A stretch of 40,416 bases of DNA from Bacteroidota bacterium. GTDB lineage: Bacteria; Bacteroidota; Ignavibacteria; Kapaibacteriales; Kapaibacteriaceae. Positions within the stretch are counted from its first letter, which is position 1, and every line of letters starts with the position of its first letter. Positions 1 through 9,936 of this stretch are shown one piece after another. The translations under genes were made by a program, and so were the position numbers. Where the stretch lies: the NCBI GenBank assembly GCA_041157865.1, contig JBEBCJ010000167.1, positions 1 through 40,416 on the forward strand. The letters run 5' to 3'. The notes beneath the pieces were generated by a model. The model was not told the origin of the DNA. It saw only the letters and a list, made by a program, of their open reading frames with translations, and ran no database searches.

Positions 1-467
1 GCGCGATGCTTGCTGTCAACGACAACTTCTCTCTGCACACGGCCATCCGCATTTCGCTTGTAGAGGTGTTCAACACCTGGCTCGATCTGCACCACGAACG
101 CATCCACAGCAGTTGTATGTCGCCATTGATGCTGCTCACTACCATGAATAAAGTTCACGGCGGCTCCATCATTTGCGGAAACCGACACGACCTTTGCCTG
201 CGCAACGGAGAACATGAAGTTCTCTCTCGTTACGATACCTGTTCTCGTGCCCGATACTGGATCTACGGTGTACTCATCAACTACCGTACCATTGGTGGTG
301 ATCCATATAGTCGCATGTTGCTGCACTGCCGCAAACAAAACATGAGATGGCCATTGCCCAGCATTGGGAATAAAGCCCGTTATTGATGGAGTTCCAGCAC
401 CGTACGTAGCAACGAGGGAGGCTGAAAGAGTAACGATGATGCAAAGTAGACGCAGTGGTGTTCGCAT
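1..467 (-). CDS. 5' part of a secreted protein paralogous to 597..3659 (probable SBBP beta-propeller/T9SS-type family); runs off the left edge
   Basis: Not in the ORF track. Manual translation from ATG 467 is open to base 1: MRTPLRLLCIIVTLSASLVATYGAGTPSITGFIPNAGQWPSHVLFAAVQQHATIWITTNGTVVDEYTVDPVSGTRTGIVTRE. It has a signal peptide and aligns with GFIKNAGQWPTEVLYLA...VWITRTGVVVDQFSVD of the adjacent gene. Confidence 0.85.
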   Translation of the reverse strand, partial: MRTPLRLLCIIVTLSASLVATYGAGTPSITGFIPNAGQWPSHVLFAAVQQHATIWITTNGTVVDEYTVDPVSGTRTGIVTRENFMFSVAQAKVVSVSANDGAAVNFIHGSEQHQWRHTTAVDAFVVQIEPGVEHLYKRNADGRVQREVVVDSKHR

Positions 468-536
468 TGCTGTTGAAACCGGTTGGTTGAATGGATGTTC
501 CAACCCTCATAAACACAGCACCACCGTATTAGTTAC

Positions 537-574
537 AAAAAGCCCCTTCCATCGTACCATGATGAAAGGGGCTT
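537..574 (-). terminator. Rho-independent terminator after the 597..3659 gene
   Basis: Minus strand AAGCCCCTTTCATC-ATGGTAC-GATGGAAGGGGCTT followed by TTTG; 14-bp stem with one G-U pair, about 22 nt after the stop codon. Confidence 0.8.
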
Positions 575-596
575 GCACTGTGAATTGTTTCGAATG

Positions 597-3500
597 TTAT
601 CTGACGACGAAACTCGAATGAAGCACGCCGCCATTGAGCGTTACACGCAATGTGTACGAACCAGATGCTAGCGATGAAACAGGTAGTTGTACGTCTGTAA
701 TTCCACTAATGACCGCACCAATGTTGTGCACTGTGATCGTTCTACCTTGCATATCGATGATCTCTGCATGTGCTGTGCCACCATCGTTGGATACGATTCG
801 CACATAAAGTATCTCGTCGGCAGGCACCGCGCCGGTAACACGTAATCTCTGTGCGATTGTCTCCTCCGCATCAACAGATGTTGGATCCTTGACCACGACA
901 CTGACTGGCGCGGTTGCAACGGTGCCGCAACCTCCTGTTACCTCGCATACATACTGTCCGTTATCTGCTGCTGTTGCCTTAGCAACCGCATACGTAGCTG
1001 ATGTTGCCCCATCAATGTTGGTGCCGTTTTTCTTCCATTGATACGCAAGTGCAGAGCCCGTTGCCGAGACCGACAGAGAAAACGGACGATCCAGATCCAC
1101 CGTGACTGCTGCCGGTTGCTGTGTGATAACCGTTGGTGTTCCAAACGCCACAGTAGCTTGAGAAGACGTAATGTTCGGTGTGCACGTGCCGGAGATTACA
1201 ACATCATACTTTCCTACACCGTTGGCATCAAGAGCTGGGATCACTAGAGAGTCGGCAGTTGCACCCGGGATGTTAGTGCCGTTGCGCCTCCATTGATACT
1301 TCAGGCCTGCCCCATCAGCACCAACCTTCAGCCTGATAGTACCCCCTTCACATGCAGATGCATCTTTGGGCTGTTGGGTAACTGTTGGCGGATTTGAGAT
1401 CGTGAATGGTGTGGTAAGCTGGCTCAGGTGACCACGGCTTGTCGTTACGCGGATCACGTACTGTCCGGTTGGCAAATTGGCAACCTTCCAATTCAAACTG
1501 CGTCCTGCGGCTGAGTTTGATACCGACGTCCACTTGTCGGTACCAACTTGCGAGATATCAATGGCGAATTTCATTGTGTCAGGCACTCCGAGGGCCGCCC
1601 ATGAAATCGGACGATTTGCACCTACACACCAGGTCTCACCACCTGACGGAGTCATCAATTCGAGAGTTCCGAAGGCATACTTACTCACAAAGCCCGTCAG
1701 GCCACCAGCATTCTTTGTTTCGGCACCGTAGGGATTTGTTGGGAAGTCGCTTGACGTCGTGGTACCAGCTATGTAGAGATCGCCCACCTTGTCTACGGTA
1801 GCAACGTAAACACTGTCGTCGTTCTCACCACCGATTAGTGTAGTGTACTTATTTGTCGACGTGTTCAGCACTGCAATGAAGCCGTCGGTTGTGCCAGCAC
1901 GGTTGCCGCTTGATCCTTCGCCACTAACTGGGAAATCTGTTGACTGCGTTGTGCCAAAGAGAATAGCAGCGTTTGCAGCTTGATCATAGGTCATCCCCAG
2001 AACATCGTCCTTACCAGTACCACCGAAATACGTTGCGCCGTTGAGCGTTCTTCCATCGTCTGGCAACAGGCCATAGAACAGATCCTGGTCTCCGATCTTC
2101 TGTGTAATCAGCGTGCCTACTGTCTCGAGATTCTTAGAGGTCGTAACACCAACAAAGTGGGCACGACCAAGATCGTCAACGTAGATGCCTCGACCTTCAT
2201 CATCTCCGTCACCGCCAAAGAAGGTTGAGTATGTGCCGTCGTCGGTCTTGGCCAACGCCAGCTCATTGTTAAGCTTTACGATGAACGCGTCCGTCGTTCC
2301 ACCGTTGAACGTTCTGTCGTAGGGCAAACGACCAGATGCAAAGAATCCTGATGTAGGAGCAGTCTCAAAGTTTGGCGATGTGGTTGACCCCGTAATGTAC
2401 ACGCCGTTGGACCTATCAAGGCACATTGCACGGAAGTACTCATTGCCTTCGCGACCAAAGTACCTGGACTGCTGGATCGAGCCATTGGCTGAGAAGAAGC
2501 ATACGAAACCGTCGATCAGACCTTGATTTGCACCACCGCCCGGTTCGGTTGTGGTGCGCCCGCGCCAGTCACGCCTTGAGACAGTTACGGGGAATGTGAC
2601 AGGTAGTGCTGAGGTTGAATTTGTGTAACCGCACACAAAGATCAGTCCATTTTGATCGACCGCTATAGCAGTTGCTTTGTCGTCCTTATTGCCTCCGTGA
2701 TAGCCACTGACGATCAACTTTGTCAATGTGCTGTCAACCTTGCATATAAAGGCATCAATACCTCCCTTAGGAAGTTGGCCTGAAGCTCCTGATGTGATGG
2801 GCAGGTCTGTCGATGTTGTTTCACCAGTTACATAAATGTTGTTCATGTTATCGGCAGCCAGAGCAGTAATCTTGTCGTCATTGGATCCGCCATAGAACGT
2901 GTACGACAAAAACTTCTCAAGTTTTCGATCAAGCCTGGCGATGAATCCGTCGGATGTTCCCTTTATCGCTGTTTGGTATCCACCCGTGGCATCCGGGAAT
3001 GTTATCTCAGGGGAATTGCCCGCTATGATCACCTGACCATTGGTCAAATACTCGACCCCTACGAGGTTGTCCGCCTCTGTTCCTCCGACAAATGAGCCAT
3101 AAACAACTGACGTTACAGGCGTAACGGCAAGAGCCTCGCCACGAGGCTGGCTTTCGGCTGAGATACGTTCAACACGCAGGCTGCCAGGGACATAGTTGTC
3201 GCGGTATTGGATCGTCCGCTCAACGCCTTTGGTTGTATACACATACTGCAGATCCACCCCTTGGATAACATCTGTTAGCGTAACCTCCTGCACAACGGAT
3301 GTCGTCAGTTGCAGCTCTTTTGCCCCACCCTTGATCCACGTCATCGTGGTTAACGGTACAGCCTCATGTCGCTTGGCGGCCGGATTCGCATTGTCGATAA
3401 CCTCTCTGACCACGCTGCCATTTCGCAGACCCAAAGACCGATCCACAGAGAATTGATCGACAACAACCCCAGTACGTGTGATCCACACATGCCCTGCTGG

Positions 3501-3659
3501 TGTGCGGGCCAGATACAGCACTTCAGTAGGCCACTGTCCGGCATTTTTAATGAATCCTTTCAGTTTCGCCGCAACATGCGGAGAGGCCTGAGTGGCATTG
3601 GGAGCACAAAAAAGGGTAAGGCACGCCAAGACGGCCAGCCATGTACGGACGAAAGACAC
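597..3659 (-). CDS. Secreted SBBP-repeat beta-propeller protein with Ig-like domains and a T9SS-like C-terminal domain (1020 aa)
   Basis: Signal peptide; N-terminal FIKNAGQW domain; repeated (Y/F)xGGxxxD..D..GN.YVTG.T.S.DFP...D(A/G)F units; a TPSGGETW..W Ig domain; two QQP..L.V.A.G..L.YQW.(K/R)NGTNI.GAT..Y...G.C Ig repeats; CTD with IIDMQGR...LASGSYTLRV. GTG start with AGGAGG upstream. Confidence 0.88.
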   Translation of the reverse strand: MSFVRTWLAVLACLTLFCAPNATQASPHVAAKLKGFIKNAGQWPTEVLYLARTPAGHVWITRTGVVVDQFSVDRSLGLRNGSVVREVIDNANPAAKRHEAVPLTTMTWIKGGAKELQLTTSVVQEVTLTDVIQGVDLQYVYTTKGVERTIQYRDNYVPGSLRVERISAESQPRGEALAVTPVTSVVYGSFVGGTEADNLVGVEYLTNGQVIIAGNSPEITFPDATGGYQTAIKGTSDGFIARLDRKLEKFLSYTFYGGSNDDKITALAADNMNNIYVTGETTSTDLPITSGASGQLPKGGIDAFICKVDSTLTKLIVSGYHGGNKDDKATAIAVDQNGLIFVCGYTNSTSALPVTFPVTVSRRDWRGRTTTEPGGGANQGLIDGFVCFFSANGSIQQSRYFGREGNEYFRAMCLDRSNGVYITGSTTSPNFETAPTSGFFASGRLPYDRTFNGGTTDAFIVKLNNELALAKTDDGTYSTFFGGDGDDEGRGIYVDDLGRAHFVGVTTSKNLETVGTLITQKIGDQDLFYGLLPDDGRTLNGATYFGGTGKDDVLGMTYDQAANAAILFGTTQSTDFPVSGEGSSGNRAGTTDGFIAVLNTSTNKYTTLIGGENDDSVYVATVDKVGDLYIAGTTTSSDFPTNPYGAETKNAGGLTGFVSKYAFGTLELMTPSGGETWCVGANRPISWAALGVPDTMKFAIDISQVGTDKWTSVSNSAAGRSLNWKVANLPTGQYVIRVTTSRGHLSQLTTPFTISNPPTVTQQPKDASACEGGTIRLKVGADGAGLKYQWRRNGTNIPGATADSLVIPALDANGVGKYDVVISGTCTPNITSSQATVAFGTPTVITQQPAAVTVDLDRPFSLSVSATGSALAYQWKKNGTNIDGATSATYAVAKATAADNGQYVCEVTGGCGTVATAPVSVVVKDPTSVDAEETIAQRLRVTGAVPADEILYVRIVSNDGGTAHAEIIDMQGRTITVHNIGAVISGITDVQLPVSSLASGSYTLRVTLNGGVLHSSFVVR

Positions 3660-3663
3660 AAGA

Positions 3664-3669
3664 CCTCCT
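3664..3669 (-). promoter_or_regulatory. Shine-Dalgarno site for the 597..3659 gene
   Basis: AGGAGG on the minus strand, 4 nt before GTG 3659. Confidence 0.6.
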
Positions 3670-3760
3670 AAAAATCAGTAGTTTAGCGTGCAGGTAGGGC
3701 CAGCCATTTGATTTATACGCACGTCTAAATCAATTGACAAATTACAGAGAAAAAAGTTGC

Positions 3761-4471
3761 ATGCGATTAGCAGTTAACATCGATCACTTCGCAACAGTTC
3801 GCGAAGCTCGGGGTGGGATTGAACCCGACCCCGTCCACGCGGCAGTAATTGCCGAAATGGCGGGCGCTTCCGGCATTGTATGCCACTTGCGCGAGGACCG
3901 ACGTCATGTGAACGACCGTGATGTTCGCGTCTTGCGTGATGTCGTGTCCACAAAACTGGATCTCGAAATGGCCGCAACGCCAGAGATCATCACAATCGCG
4001 TTGGAGGTTGTACCTGAGCTCGTTACTATCGTCCCGGAAAAACGCAGCGAGCTCACTACTGAAGGGGGCTTAGCAGTAGCCGGCAATGAGGCTCACTACA
4101 CAGAGCTAACACAGCGCTTTCATGATCGTGGGATCGAGGTTAGCCTGTTCATTGAGCCCGAGGCCTCGCAGGTTGAGGCGGCAGCAGCTTGTGGCGTCGA
4201 TATCATCGAATTGCACACTGGCACCTACGCCAACGCACGAAGTCAGGCAGCCCGTGATCTGCAGATTGAGCGAATTCGTGTTGCAGCACACCTTGCCGCG
4301 CATGCTGGCCTGGTGGTAACGGCTGGACATGGTCTTGATCTTCGCAACATTGCGCCGATTACACAGATCGCAGAGATCGAGGAAGTTTCGATAGGCCATG
4401 CACTTGTGAGCCGTGCGATGTTCGTCGGACTCGAACAAGCTGTCCGCGAATTCGTGCTCGCTGTCAGCTGA
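3761..4471 (+). CDS. pdxJ: Pyridoxine 5'-phosphate synthase
   Basis: LAVNIDHFAT.REAR, HLREDRRH, VPEKR.ELTTEGGL, IELHTG.YA, AGHGL, EVSIGH motifs. Start moved from TTG 3734 to ATG 3761 to match the family N-terminus. Confidence 0.97.
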   Translation: MRLAVNIDHFATVREARGGIEPDPVHAAVIAEMAGASGIVCHLREDRRHVNDRDVRVLRDVVSTKLDLEMAATPEIITIALEVVPELVTIVPEKRSELTTEGGLAVAGNEAHYTELTQRFHDRGIEVSLFIEPEASQVEAAAACGVDIIELHTGTYANARSQAARDLQIERIRVAAHLAAHAGLVVTAGHGLDLRNIAPITQIAEIEEVSIGHALVSRAMFVGLEQAVREFVLAVS

Positions 4472-4498
4472 GAGCACAAAGATTACTTGATAATGGCA

Positions 4499-4530
4499 AG
4501 GGGCCTACAGAGAATGCTCTGCAGGCCCCT
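4499..4530. terminator. Probable bidirectional terminator between convergent pdxJ and sdhB
   Basis: AGGGGCCTACAGAG-AATG-CTCTGCAGGCCCCT; 14-bp stem with one mismatch; U-tracts are weak. Confidence 0.65.
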
Positions 4531-4559
4531 ATATGCAAATGTCGCACTCTACGTCTGTC

Positions 4560-5309
4560 TCAATCGCGTCCGGCGAACACCGATGAGATATAGTCTTTGT
4601 TCATCTGAGCGATAAAGTCAGCACTGATGCCTTTCGGGCAGGCTGCTTCACATTCGTAATGGTTAGTGCATGAGCCAAAGCCCTCGGCGTCCATCTGGAG
4701 AACCATGTTCATCGCACGAGTCGACCTCTCTGCCTGACCCTGCGGAACAGACCCAAGATGTCCGATTTTGGCGGCAGTGAACAACATTGCCGATGCGTTC
4801 GGACAGGCTGCAACACAAGCACCGCAACCAATACAGGCTGCTGCATCCATTGCGCGGTCTGCATCGGTCTTTGGTATCGGGAGGGTGTTGCCGTCTTGAG
4901 CATTGCCCGTGTTTACGCTTACAAATCCACCCTTCTGGATGATACGATCGAACGATCCACGGTCTACAACGAGATCGCGCACCACAGGGAATGCACGAGC
5001 CCGCCAAGGTTCAATGTAGATCTCATCTCCATCTTTAAACGTACGCATATGGAGCTGACAGGCAGTGGTCCGGGCCAATGGTCCGTGCGGACGTCCGTTG
5101 ATAACCATGCCGCATGTGCCGCAGATACCTTCACGACAATCATGATCAAACGCAACAGGTATCTCGCCTTTGGCGATCAGGTCTTCGTTCAGTACGTCGA
5201 GCATCTCGAGGAAGCTCATGTGTTCGCTCACGTTCGAGACGTCATACGTCTTGAGCATGCCAGTGTCCTGCGGACCAGACTGACGCCAGATGTGCAGTCG
5301 AAGGTTCAT
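4560..5309 (-). CDS. sdhB: Succinate dehydrogenase/fumarate reductase iron-sulfur subunit
   Basis: [24 protein letters not shown] and [11 protein letters not shown] cluster motifs; start overlaps the sdhA stop. Confidence 0.96.
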   Translation of the reverse strand: MNLRLHIWRQSGPQDTGMLKTYDVSNVSEHMSFLEMLDVLNEDLIAKGEIPVAFDHDCREGICGTCGMVINGRPHGPLARTTACQLHMRTFKDGDEIYIEPWRARAFPVVRDLVVDRGSFDRIIQKGGFVSVNTGNAQDGNTLPIPKTDADRAMDAAACIGCGACVAACPNASAMLFTAAKIGHLGSVPQGQAERSTRAMNMVLQMDAEGFGSCTNHYECEAACPKGISADFIAQMNKDYISSVFAGRD

Positions 5310-7222
5310 TATTTGTAACTCCGTGTAGCCAGTTGCACATTTTCAAATTCGAGGTGTTCCTTGTGAAGCGTTGGCTTCGAACCGACACCCGTGTATTCCC
5401 ATGCACCTACGTATGCGAAATCCTGATCATTACGCTGTGCTTCGCCGTCCTCCGTCTGATATTCTTCGCGGAAATGTCCGCCGCACGATTCGTTGCGGTG
5501 CAGCGCATCATAGCACATCAGCTCTGCGAACTCAAGAAAATCTGCAACGCGCAGTCCGAGTTCGAGTGACTGATTGAGCTGTTCTCCGCTTCCTGGAATA
5601 ACGACGTTCTGCCAGAATTCCTCACGAAGCTCAGGTATACGCGTAAGAGCCTCGGTTAGCCCCTTTTCGTTGCGCGCCATGCCGCACTTGTCCCACATGA
5701 TCTTGCCAAGCTCTCGGTGGAACGATGTTGGTGAACGCTTTCCGTTGATCGAAAGCAGCTTTTTAATCTTTTCTTCGGCCTCATGAACCGTTGCCTGAAC
5801 AACCGGTGAGTCTTGCGGCACTGGTGAGAAACCACCCTGTGCGAAGTAACCGCCAATAGTATACGGGATCACGAAGTAGCCGTCGGCAAGTCCTTGCATC
5901 AGAGCAGAGGCTCCAAGTCGGTTTGCACCGTGGTCGGAGAAGTTGGCTTCACCGAGGACAAAGAGTCCTGGTACGTTCGACATCAGATTGTAATCAACCC
6001 ACAGACCACCCATTGTGTAGTGGACAGCTGGATAGATGCGCATCGGCACTTGGTATGGGTTCTCACCGGTGATGCGCTCATACATTTCGAACAAGTTACC
6101 GTAACGGTCGGCGATGACCTTTTCTCCTAGACGCTTGATAGCATCCGAGAAATCAAGATAAACGCCCAAGCCGCCTGGCCCTACTCCGCGGCCATCGTCA
6201 CAGGCCTCTTTGGCGGCGCGAGATGCGATGTCACGGGGCGAAAGGTTACCAAACGATGGATACTTGCGCTCGAGGTAGTAATCACGCTCTGATTCAGGAA
6301 TCTGGTCCGGTGGGCGGGTATCTCCCTGCTTTTTCGGGACCCAGATGCGTCCGTCGTTTCGAAGCGACTCAGACATCAGCGTCAGCTTCGATTGATAATC
6401 GCCACTCTGAGGGATACATGTTGGGTGAATCTGCGTGTAACACGGATTTGCAAAAAGCGCACCGCGCTTGTGAGCGCGATAGGTTGCTGTCACGTTACAG
6501 GCCTTGGCATTTGTGCTCAAATAGAAGACGTTGCCGTAGCCGCCAGTTGCCAGCACCACTGCATCTGCCATATGCGATTCAACCTTACCGGTGATCATGT
6601 TCCGTGTTACGATACCGCGCGCACGACCATCGATAACAATCAGGTCCAGCATTTCTTGTTTGTTATGCAGCTTTACTTTACCAAGCCCAACCTGACGCAT
6701 CAATGCTTGGTAGGCGCCAAGCAGAAGCTGCTGACCAGTCTGCCCACGGGCATAGAATGTACGTGATACCTGCGCGCCACCAAACGAGCGGTTACTCAGG
6801 TATCCACCATACTCACGTGCAAACGGTACGCCCTGAGCAACGCATTGGTCGATAATGTTTACCGAGACTTGCGCCAGCCGGTGCACATTGGCCTCTCGCG
6901 CCCGGAAGTCTCCGCCCTTGACCGTGTCATAGAACAAGCGCCATACGGAGTCGCCGTCGTTCTGATAATTCTTCGCTGCATTGATACCACCCTGCGCTGC
7001 GATCGAGTGCGCTCTCCGTGCCGAATCGTGGTAGGTAAACGCCTGCACGTTATACCCCAGTTCTGCAAGTGAAGCTGCTGCAGAGGAGCCTGCCAAGCCT
7101 GTGCCCACAACGATCACGCTGAACTTACGCTTATTGGCTGGGTTGACCAGTTTCAGCTCCGCACGATGCTTGTCCCATTTCTGCTCGATAGGACCGCTGG
7201 GAATATGATTCTTCAGATCCAT
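5309..7222 (-). CDS. sdhA: Succinate dehydrogenase/fumarate reductase flavoprotein subunit
   Basis: [11 protein letters not shown]-binding loop, [49 protein letters not shown]. Confidence 0.97.
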   Translation of the reverse strand: MDLKNHIPSGPIEQKWDKHRAELKLVNPANKRKFSVIVVGTGLAGSSAAASLAELGYNVQAFTYHDSARRAHSIAAQGGINAAKNYQNDGDSVWRLFYDTVKGGDFRAREANVHRLAQVSVNIIDQCVAQGVPFAREYGGYLSNRSFGGAQVSRTFYARGQTGQQLLLGAYQALMRQVGLGKVKLHNKQEMLDLIVIDGRARGIVTRNMITGKVESHMADAVVLATGGYGNVFYLSTNAKACNVTATYRAHKRGALFANPCYTQIHPTCIPQSGDYQSKLTLMSESLRNDGRIWVPKKQGDTRPPDQIPESERDYYLERKYPSFGNLSPRDIASRAAKEACDDGRGVGPGGLGVYLDFSDAIKRLGEKVIADRYGNLFEMYERITGENPYQVPMRIYPAVHYTMGGLWVDYNLMSNVPGLFVLGEANFSDHGANRLGASALMQGLADGYFVIPYTIGGYFAQGGFSPVPQDSPVVQATVHEAEEKIKKLLSINGKRSPTSFHRELGKIMWDKCGMARNEKGLTEALTRIPELREEFWQNVVIPGSGEQLNQSLELGLRVADFLEFAELMCYDALHRNESCGGHFREEYQTEDGEAQRNDQDFAYVGAWEYTGVGSKPTLHKEHLEFENVQLATRSYK

Positions 7223-7241
7223 GTTAATGCTATGTCCTTCC

Positions 7242-7949
7242 TTATTTCACAATTCCGGCAAGTATTGCCAACGGCACCGACGAGAATCCAGCCGCCACAA
7301 GTATTCCAAGCAAGGGGCCAACAGTGCGCACGATCGGTACAAAGCGCTGATTGCGCAACCCAAGTGTCTGGAATGCACTCGCAATTGCATGATTAAGATG
7401 CAGACCAACCATGATCATGGCCAGCACATAGGCCACGCTGATCAGCGGCTGTTGAAAGCTTGATACGATCATAGTGTACACATCCGGTATGCACTCTGCA
7501 CCGCTGCACTCTGCATTCGGTGGGCAAGACTTGGCATAGTATTCAGAGTGGACCACGCCCCATGTAAAATGGGCTAGATGATACATCGCGTAGGTTAGCA
7601 GAAGCAGGCCCGAATACAACATTGAGCGTGAAGCCACAGTAGATGCTCGATGCTCGACGGTGCTGTAGGCATTGGGCCGCGCCGTGCGGTTACGACGCGA
7701 GAGCTTGATAGCAGAAGTCACATGCAGCACGAAGCTTGTAAGCAGACCCAGGCGCACGATCCAAATGGCCGCACCATGAAGCATTGTGCGAAGTCCGTGA
7801 GCATACTCGTTGATGTGCTCCGGCCCCATGAAGACCAACAGGTTACCAGAGAGGTGTCCGAGCAGAAACCCAACCAACAGCAAGCCGGTGATGGCCATGA
7901 GCCACTTTTGAAAAACGTTCGAATCCCAGACCTCGCGAAATGCTCTCAT
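7242..7949 (-). CDS. sdhC: Succinate dehydrogenase cytochrome b subunit (single five-helix anchor type)
   Basis: KWLMAITG...GHLSGNL, five hydrophobic helices, heme-ligand histidines (LGHL, VLHV, MYHL, GLHLNHA); first gene of the sdhCAB operon. Confidence 0.92.
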   Translation of the reverse strand: MRAFREVWDSNVFQKWLMAITGLLLVGFLLGHLSGNLLVFMGPEHINEYAHGLRTMLHGAAIWIVRLGLLTSFVLHVTSAIKLSRRNRTARPNAYSTVEHRASTVASRSMLYSGLLLLTYAMYHLAHFTWGVVHSEYYAKSCPPNAECSGAECIPDVYTMIVSSFQQPLISVAYVLAMIMVGLHLNHAIASAFQTLGLRNQRFVPIVRTVGPLLGILVAAGFSSVPLAILAGIVK

Positions 7950-8013
7950 TGTTCACCTGATTGTTGTGTCTTGATGCCGCCGCGATAACATCGCGGTTCT
8001 TCAAAAAGTGCCA

Positions 8014-8021
8014 CAAACTTA
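8014..8021 (-). promoter_or_regulatory. Bacteroidota-type -7 promoter box for sdhCAB
   Basis: TAAGTTTG matches TAnnTTTG, 64 nt upstream of the sdhC ATG. Confidence 0.6.
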
Positions 8022-8031
8022 CGAATTGCCG

Positions 8032-8039
8032 TAGCTTCG
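8032..8039 (+). promoter_or_regulatory. -7-like promoter box for the ABC ATPase-mltG unit
   Basis: TAGCTTCG, one mismatch to TAnnTTTG, 5 nt before ATG 8045. Confidence 0.4.
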
Positions 8040-8044
8040 CAGCT

Positions 8045-8950
8045 ATGCTTACTGTATCCAATGTTTCAAAGCGTTTTGGCAGTCATGTAGCCAACGATAA
8101 CGTGAGTTTGTCCGTGCGCCAGGGCTCCATTTTTGGTCTGCTCGGACCAAATGGTGCCGGGAAAACAACACTCATTCGGATGATAACACAGATAATCGAG
8201 CCTGACCAGGGCTCCATCAGCCTACAGGGCATTGCCGACGGCGAACGCAGCACCCGCATAGGGTATCTGCCCGAGGAGCGGGGTCTGTACAAGAAGCTGA
8301 CTGTGCTCGAGCAGATCGTCTACTTCGCTACTTTGAAGGGGCTATCCCCTTCCTCGGCGCAGCGCCAGGCGCGCACGTGGTTAGAGCGCATGGATGCCTC
8401 AGGCTGGGAATCCAAGAAGGTGCAGGAGTTATCCAAGGGAATGCAGCAGAAGGTGCAGTTCATTGCAACGGTAATGCACGCCCCATCCTTGTTGATACTT
8501 GACGAGCCGTTCAGCGGACTTGATCCGGTTAATGCCGATCTGATGATCTCAGTGATCAAAGAGCTTCAGGCAGCCGGGACAACGATCATGCTCTCTACTC
8601 ATCAAATGGATCAGGTTGAGAGGCTCTGCGACGACATTGCCCTCATTAACAGGGGCAGGGTCGTTCTCGATGGGCAGCTAAGTGCCATCCGTTCTGCCAA
8701 TGCTACCAATCGTCTGCGATTCCGCACGTCCGGTTCGGCAGATGCGCTGCAAGGCATTGCCTTGACGTCGGTTCACAGCATTGGACCCGATTGGATCGAG
8801 CTGGAATGCGGCGAAGGAGCCAATGCAAAGGGCGTGCTGCGTCAAGCGCTCGAGCACGCCGATATTCTGCAGTTCACTGTTGTCGAACCGACATTGCATG
8901 AGATCTTCGTTCGCACTGTTACAGGCGCAGCAGCCGAGGCTCTGGCATAG
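8045..8950 (+). CDS. ABC-2 type transporter ATP-binding protein (NatA/YhaQ-like, with C-terminal accessory domain)
   Basis: Walker A GPNGAGKT, GYLPEERGLY, signature LSKGMQQK, Walker B LILDEPFSGLD, H-loop LSTH, C-terminal EPTLHEIF. Start moved to ATG 8045. Confidence 0.93.
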   Translation: MLTVSNVSKRFGSHVANDNVSLSVRQGSIFGLLGPNGAGKTTLIRMITQIIEPDQGSISLQGIADGERSTRIGYLPEERGLYKKLTVLEQIVYFATLKGLSPSSAQRQARTWLERMDASGWESKKVQELSKGMQQKVQFIATVMHAPSLLILDEPFSGLDPVNADLMISVIKELQAAGTTIMLSTHQMDQVERLCDDIALINRGRVVLDGQLSAIRSANATNRLRFRTSGSADALQGIALTSVHSIGPDWIELECGEGANAKGVLRQALEHADILQFTVVEPTLHEIFVRTVTGAAAEALA

Positions 8951-8952
8951 TC

Positions 8953-9936
8953 ATGAGGAGGATTGGTCTTACGGCCGGTGGATTCTGCGTTGCCGTAGTG
9001 ATAGCGAGTGCAGTGTACCTCTCACAGCACGCTGCAGGCACCGGCTCGGTGCTCGTTGAGCGCACACAGTACAGCGTAGCATCTGTGGTTGACGAGCTTT
9101 GTGCTGGCGGCGCCCTTGATAATCCCCGATTCATGACGTTCGCCATCAAAGCTGGTCTGCGCCTTACCGGACGGAACCTCACACCTGGATGGTATCACGT
9201 TACTGCAGACCAGTCACTGCTTGATGTGATCGGGATGATTGTCTACGGTAGGCGGGAGCCTCTTGTGAAGATCACCATACCCGAGGGCTTTACGATGTTT
9301 CAGATTGCATCGCGTCTGAAGTCCCGGGCACAGATAGACTCGGCGGCATTTCTATCCTGGGCTACATCCGTGAATACACTGCAGAGGTACAAGCTGGCAT
9401 CACCATCGATGGAGGGGGCGCTGCTTCCTGCCACATACCATGTAATTCGCTCCGAGAGTCCCAAGGTGATCGGTACGATGATGGCCGACGAGTTTAATCG
9501 TATGTGGAATGCGCTGGACGGAGCAATGAGCAGGAGCCGAGACAGCGTCATCACACTTGCATCGATCGTTCAGAAAGAAGCTGTTCGTTCCGACGAGCTA
9601 CCCACGATCGCCGGCGTATATGCCAACAGGCTGCGGATTGGAATGCGCCTCGAGGCAGACCCTACCCTGCAGTATGGCCGAGACCTTACGATAACCCGTG
9701 CCGATTTGCGGGATGCGACGAATCGTTATAACACCTACCAACACCAAGGCTTACCGCCTGGACCTATCTGTAACCCCGGTAGAGGCGCCATTCAAGCTGC
9801 CATCTCACCTGAAAGTCATGATTTTCTGTTCTTCGTTGCAAGGGGCGATGGAACGCGCGGCCATCGATTCGCACGCAGTTATGCCGAGCATCTCAACAAC
9901 GTTGCAATCTATCGGGCCATGTTGGCACGACGCTAA
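8953..9936 (+). CDS. mltG: Endolytic transglycosylase MltG (YceG family)
   Basis: N-terminal TM, TIPEG, LASIVQKE (catalytic Glu), LEADPT, YNTY..GLPPGPICNPG, LFFVA. Confidence 0.94.
   Translation: MRRIGLTAGGFCVAVVIASAVYLSQHAAGTGSVLVERTQYSVASVVDELCAGGALDNPRFMTFAIKAGLRLTGRNLTPGWYHVTADQSLLDVIGMIVYGRREPLVKITIPEGFTMFQIASRLKSRAQIDSAAFLSWATSVNTLQRYKLASPSMEGALLPATYHVIRSESPKVIGTMMADEFNRMWNALDGAMSRSRDSVITLASIVQKEAVRSDELPTIAGVYANRLRIGMRLEADPTLQYGRDLTITRADLRDATNRYNTYQHQGLPPGPICNPGRGAIQAAISPESHDFLFFVARGDGTRGHRFARSYAEHLNNVAIYRAMLARR

Noticed and set aside
481-505. GGTTGG...CCAACC inverted repeat upstream of the left-edge gene
   Set aside because: The arms are only 6 bp with a long loop, which is compatible with chance.
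6-621. ORF-track calls 6..386 (+), 277..516 (-) and 364..621 (+)
   Set aside because: They are shadows of the real minus-strand ORF 467..1, which has a signal peptide and clear paralogy to the neighbouring gene.
4758-5318. 186-aa antisense ORF over sdhB, and similar long antisense or out-of-frame ORFs (12411..12977, 15986..16555, 31833..32393, 37087..37581)
   Set aside because: They lie almost entirely within well-supported genes, show no recognisable motifs, and are expected from codon bias.
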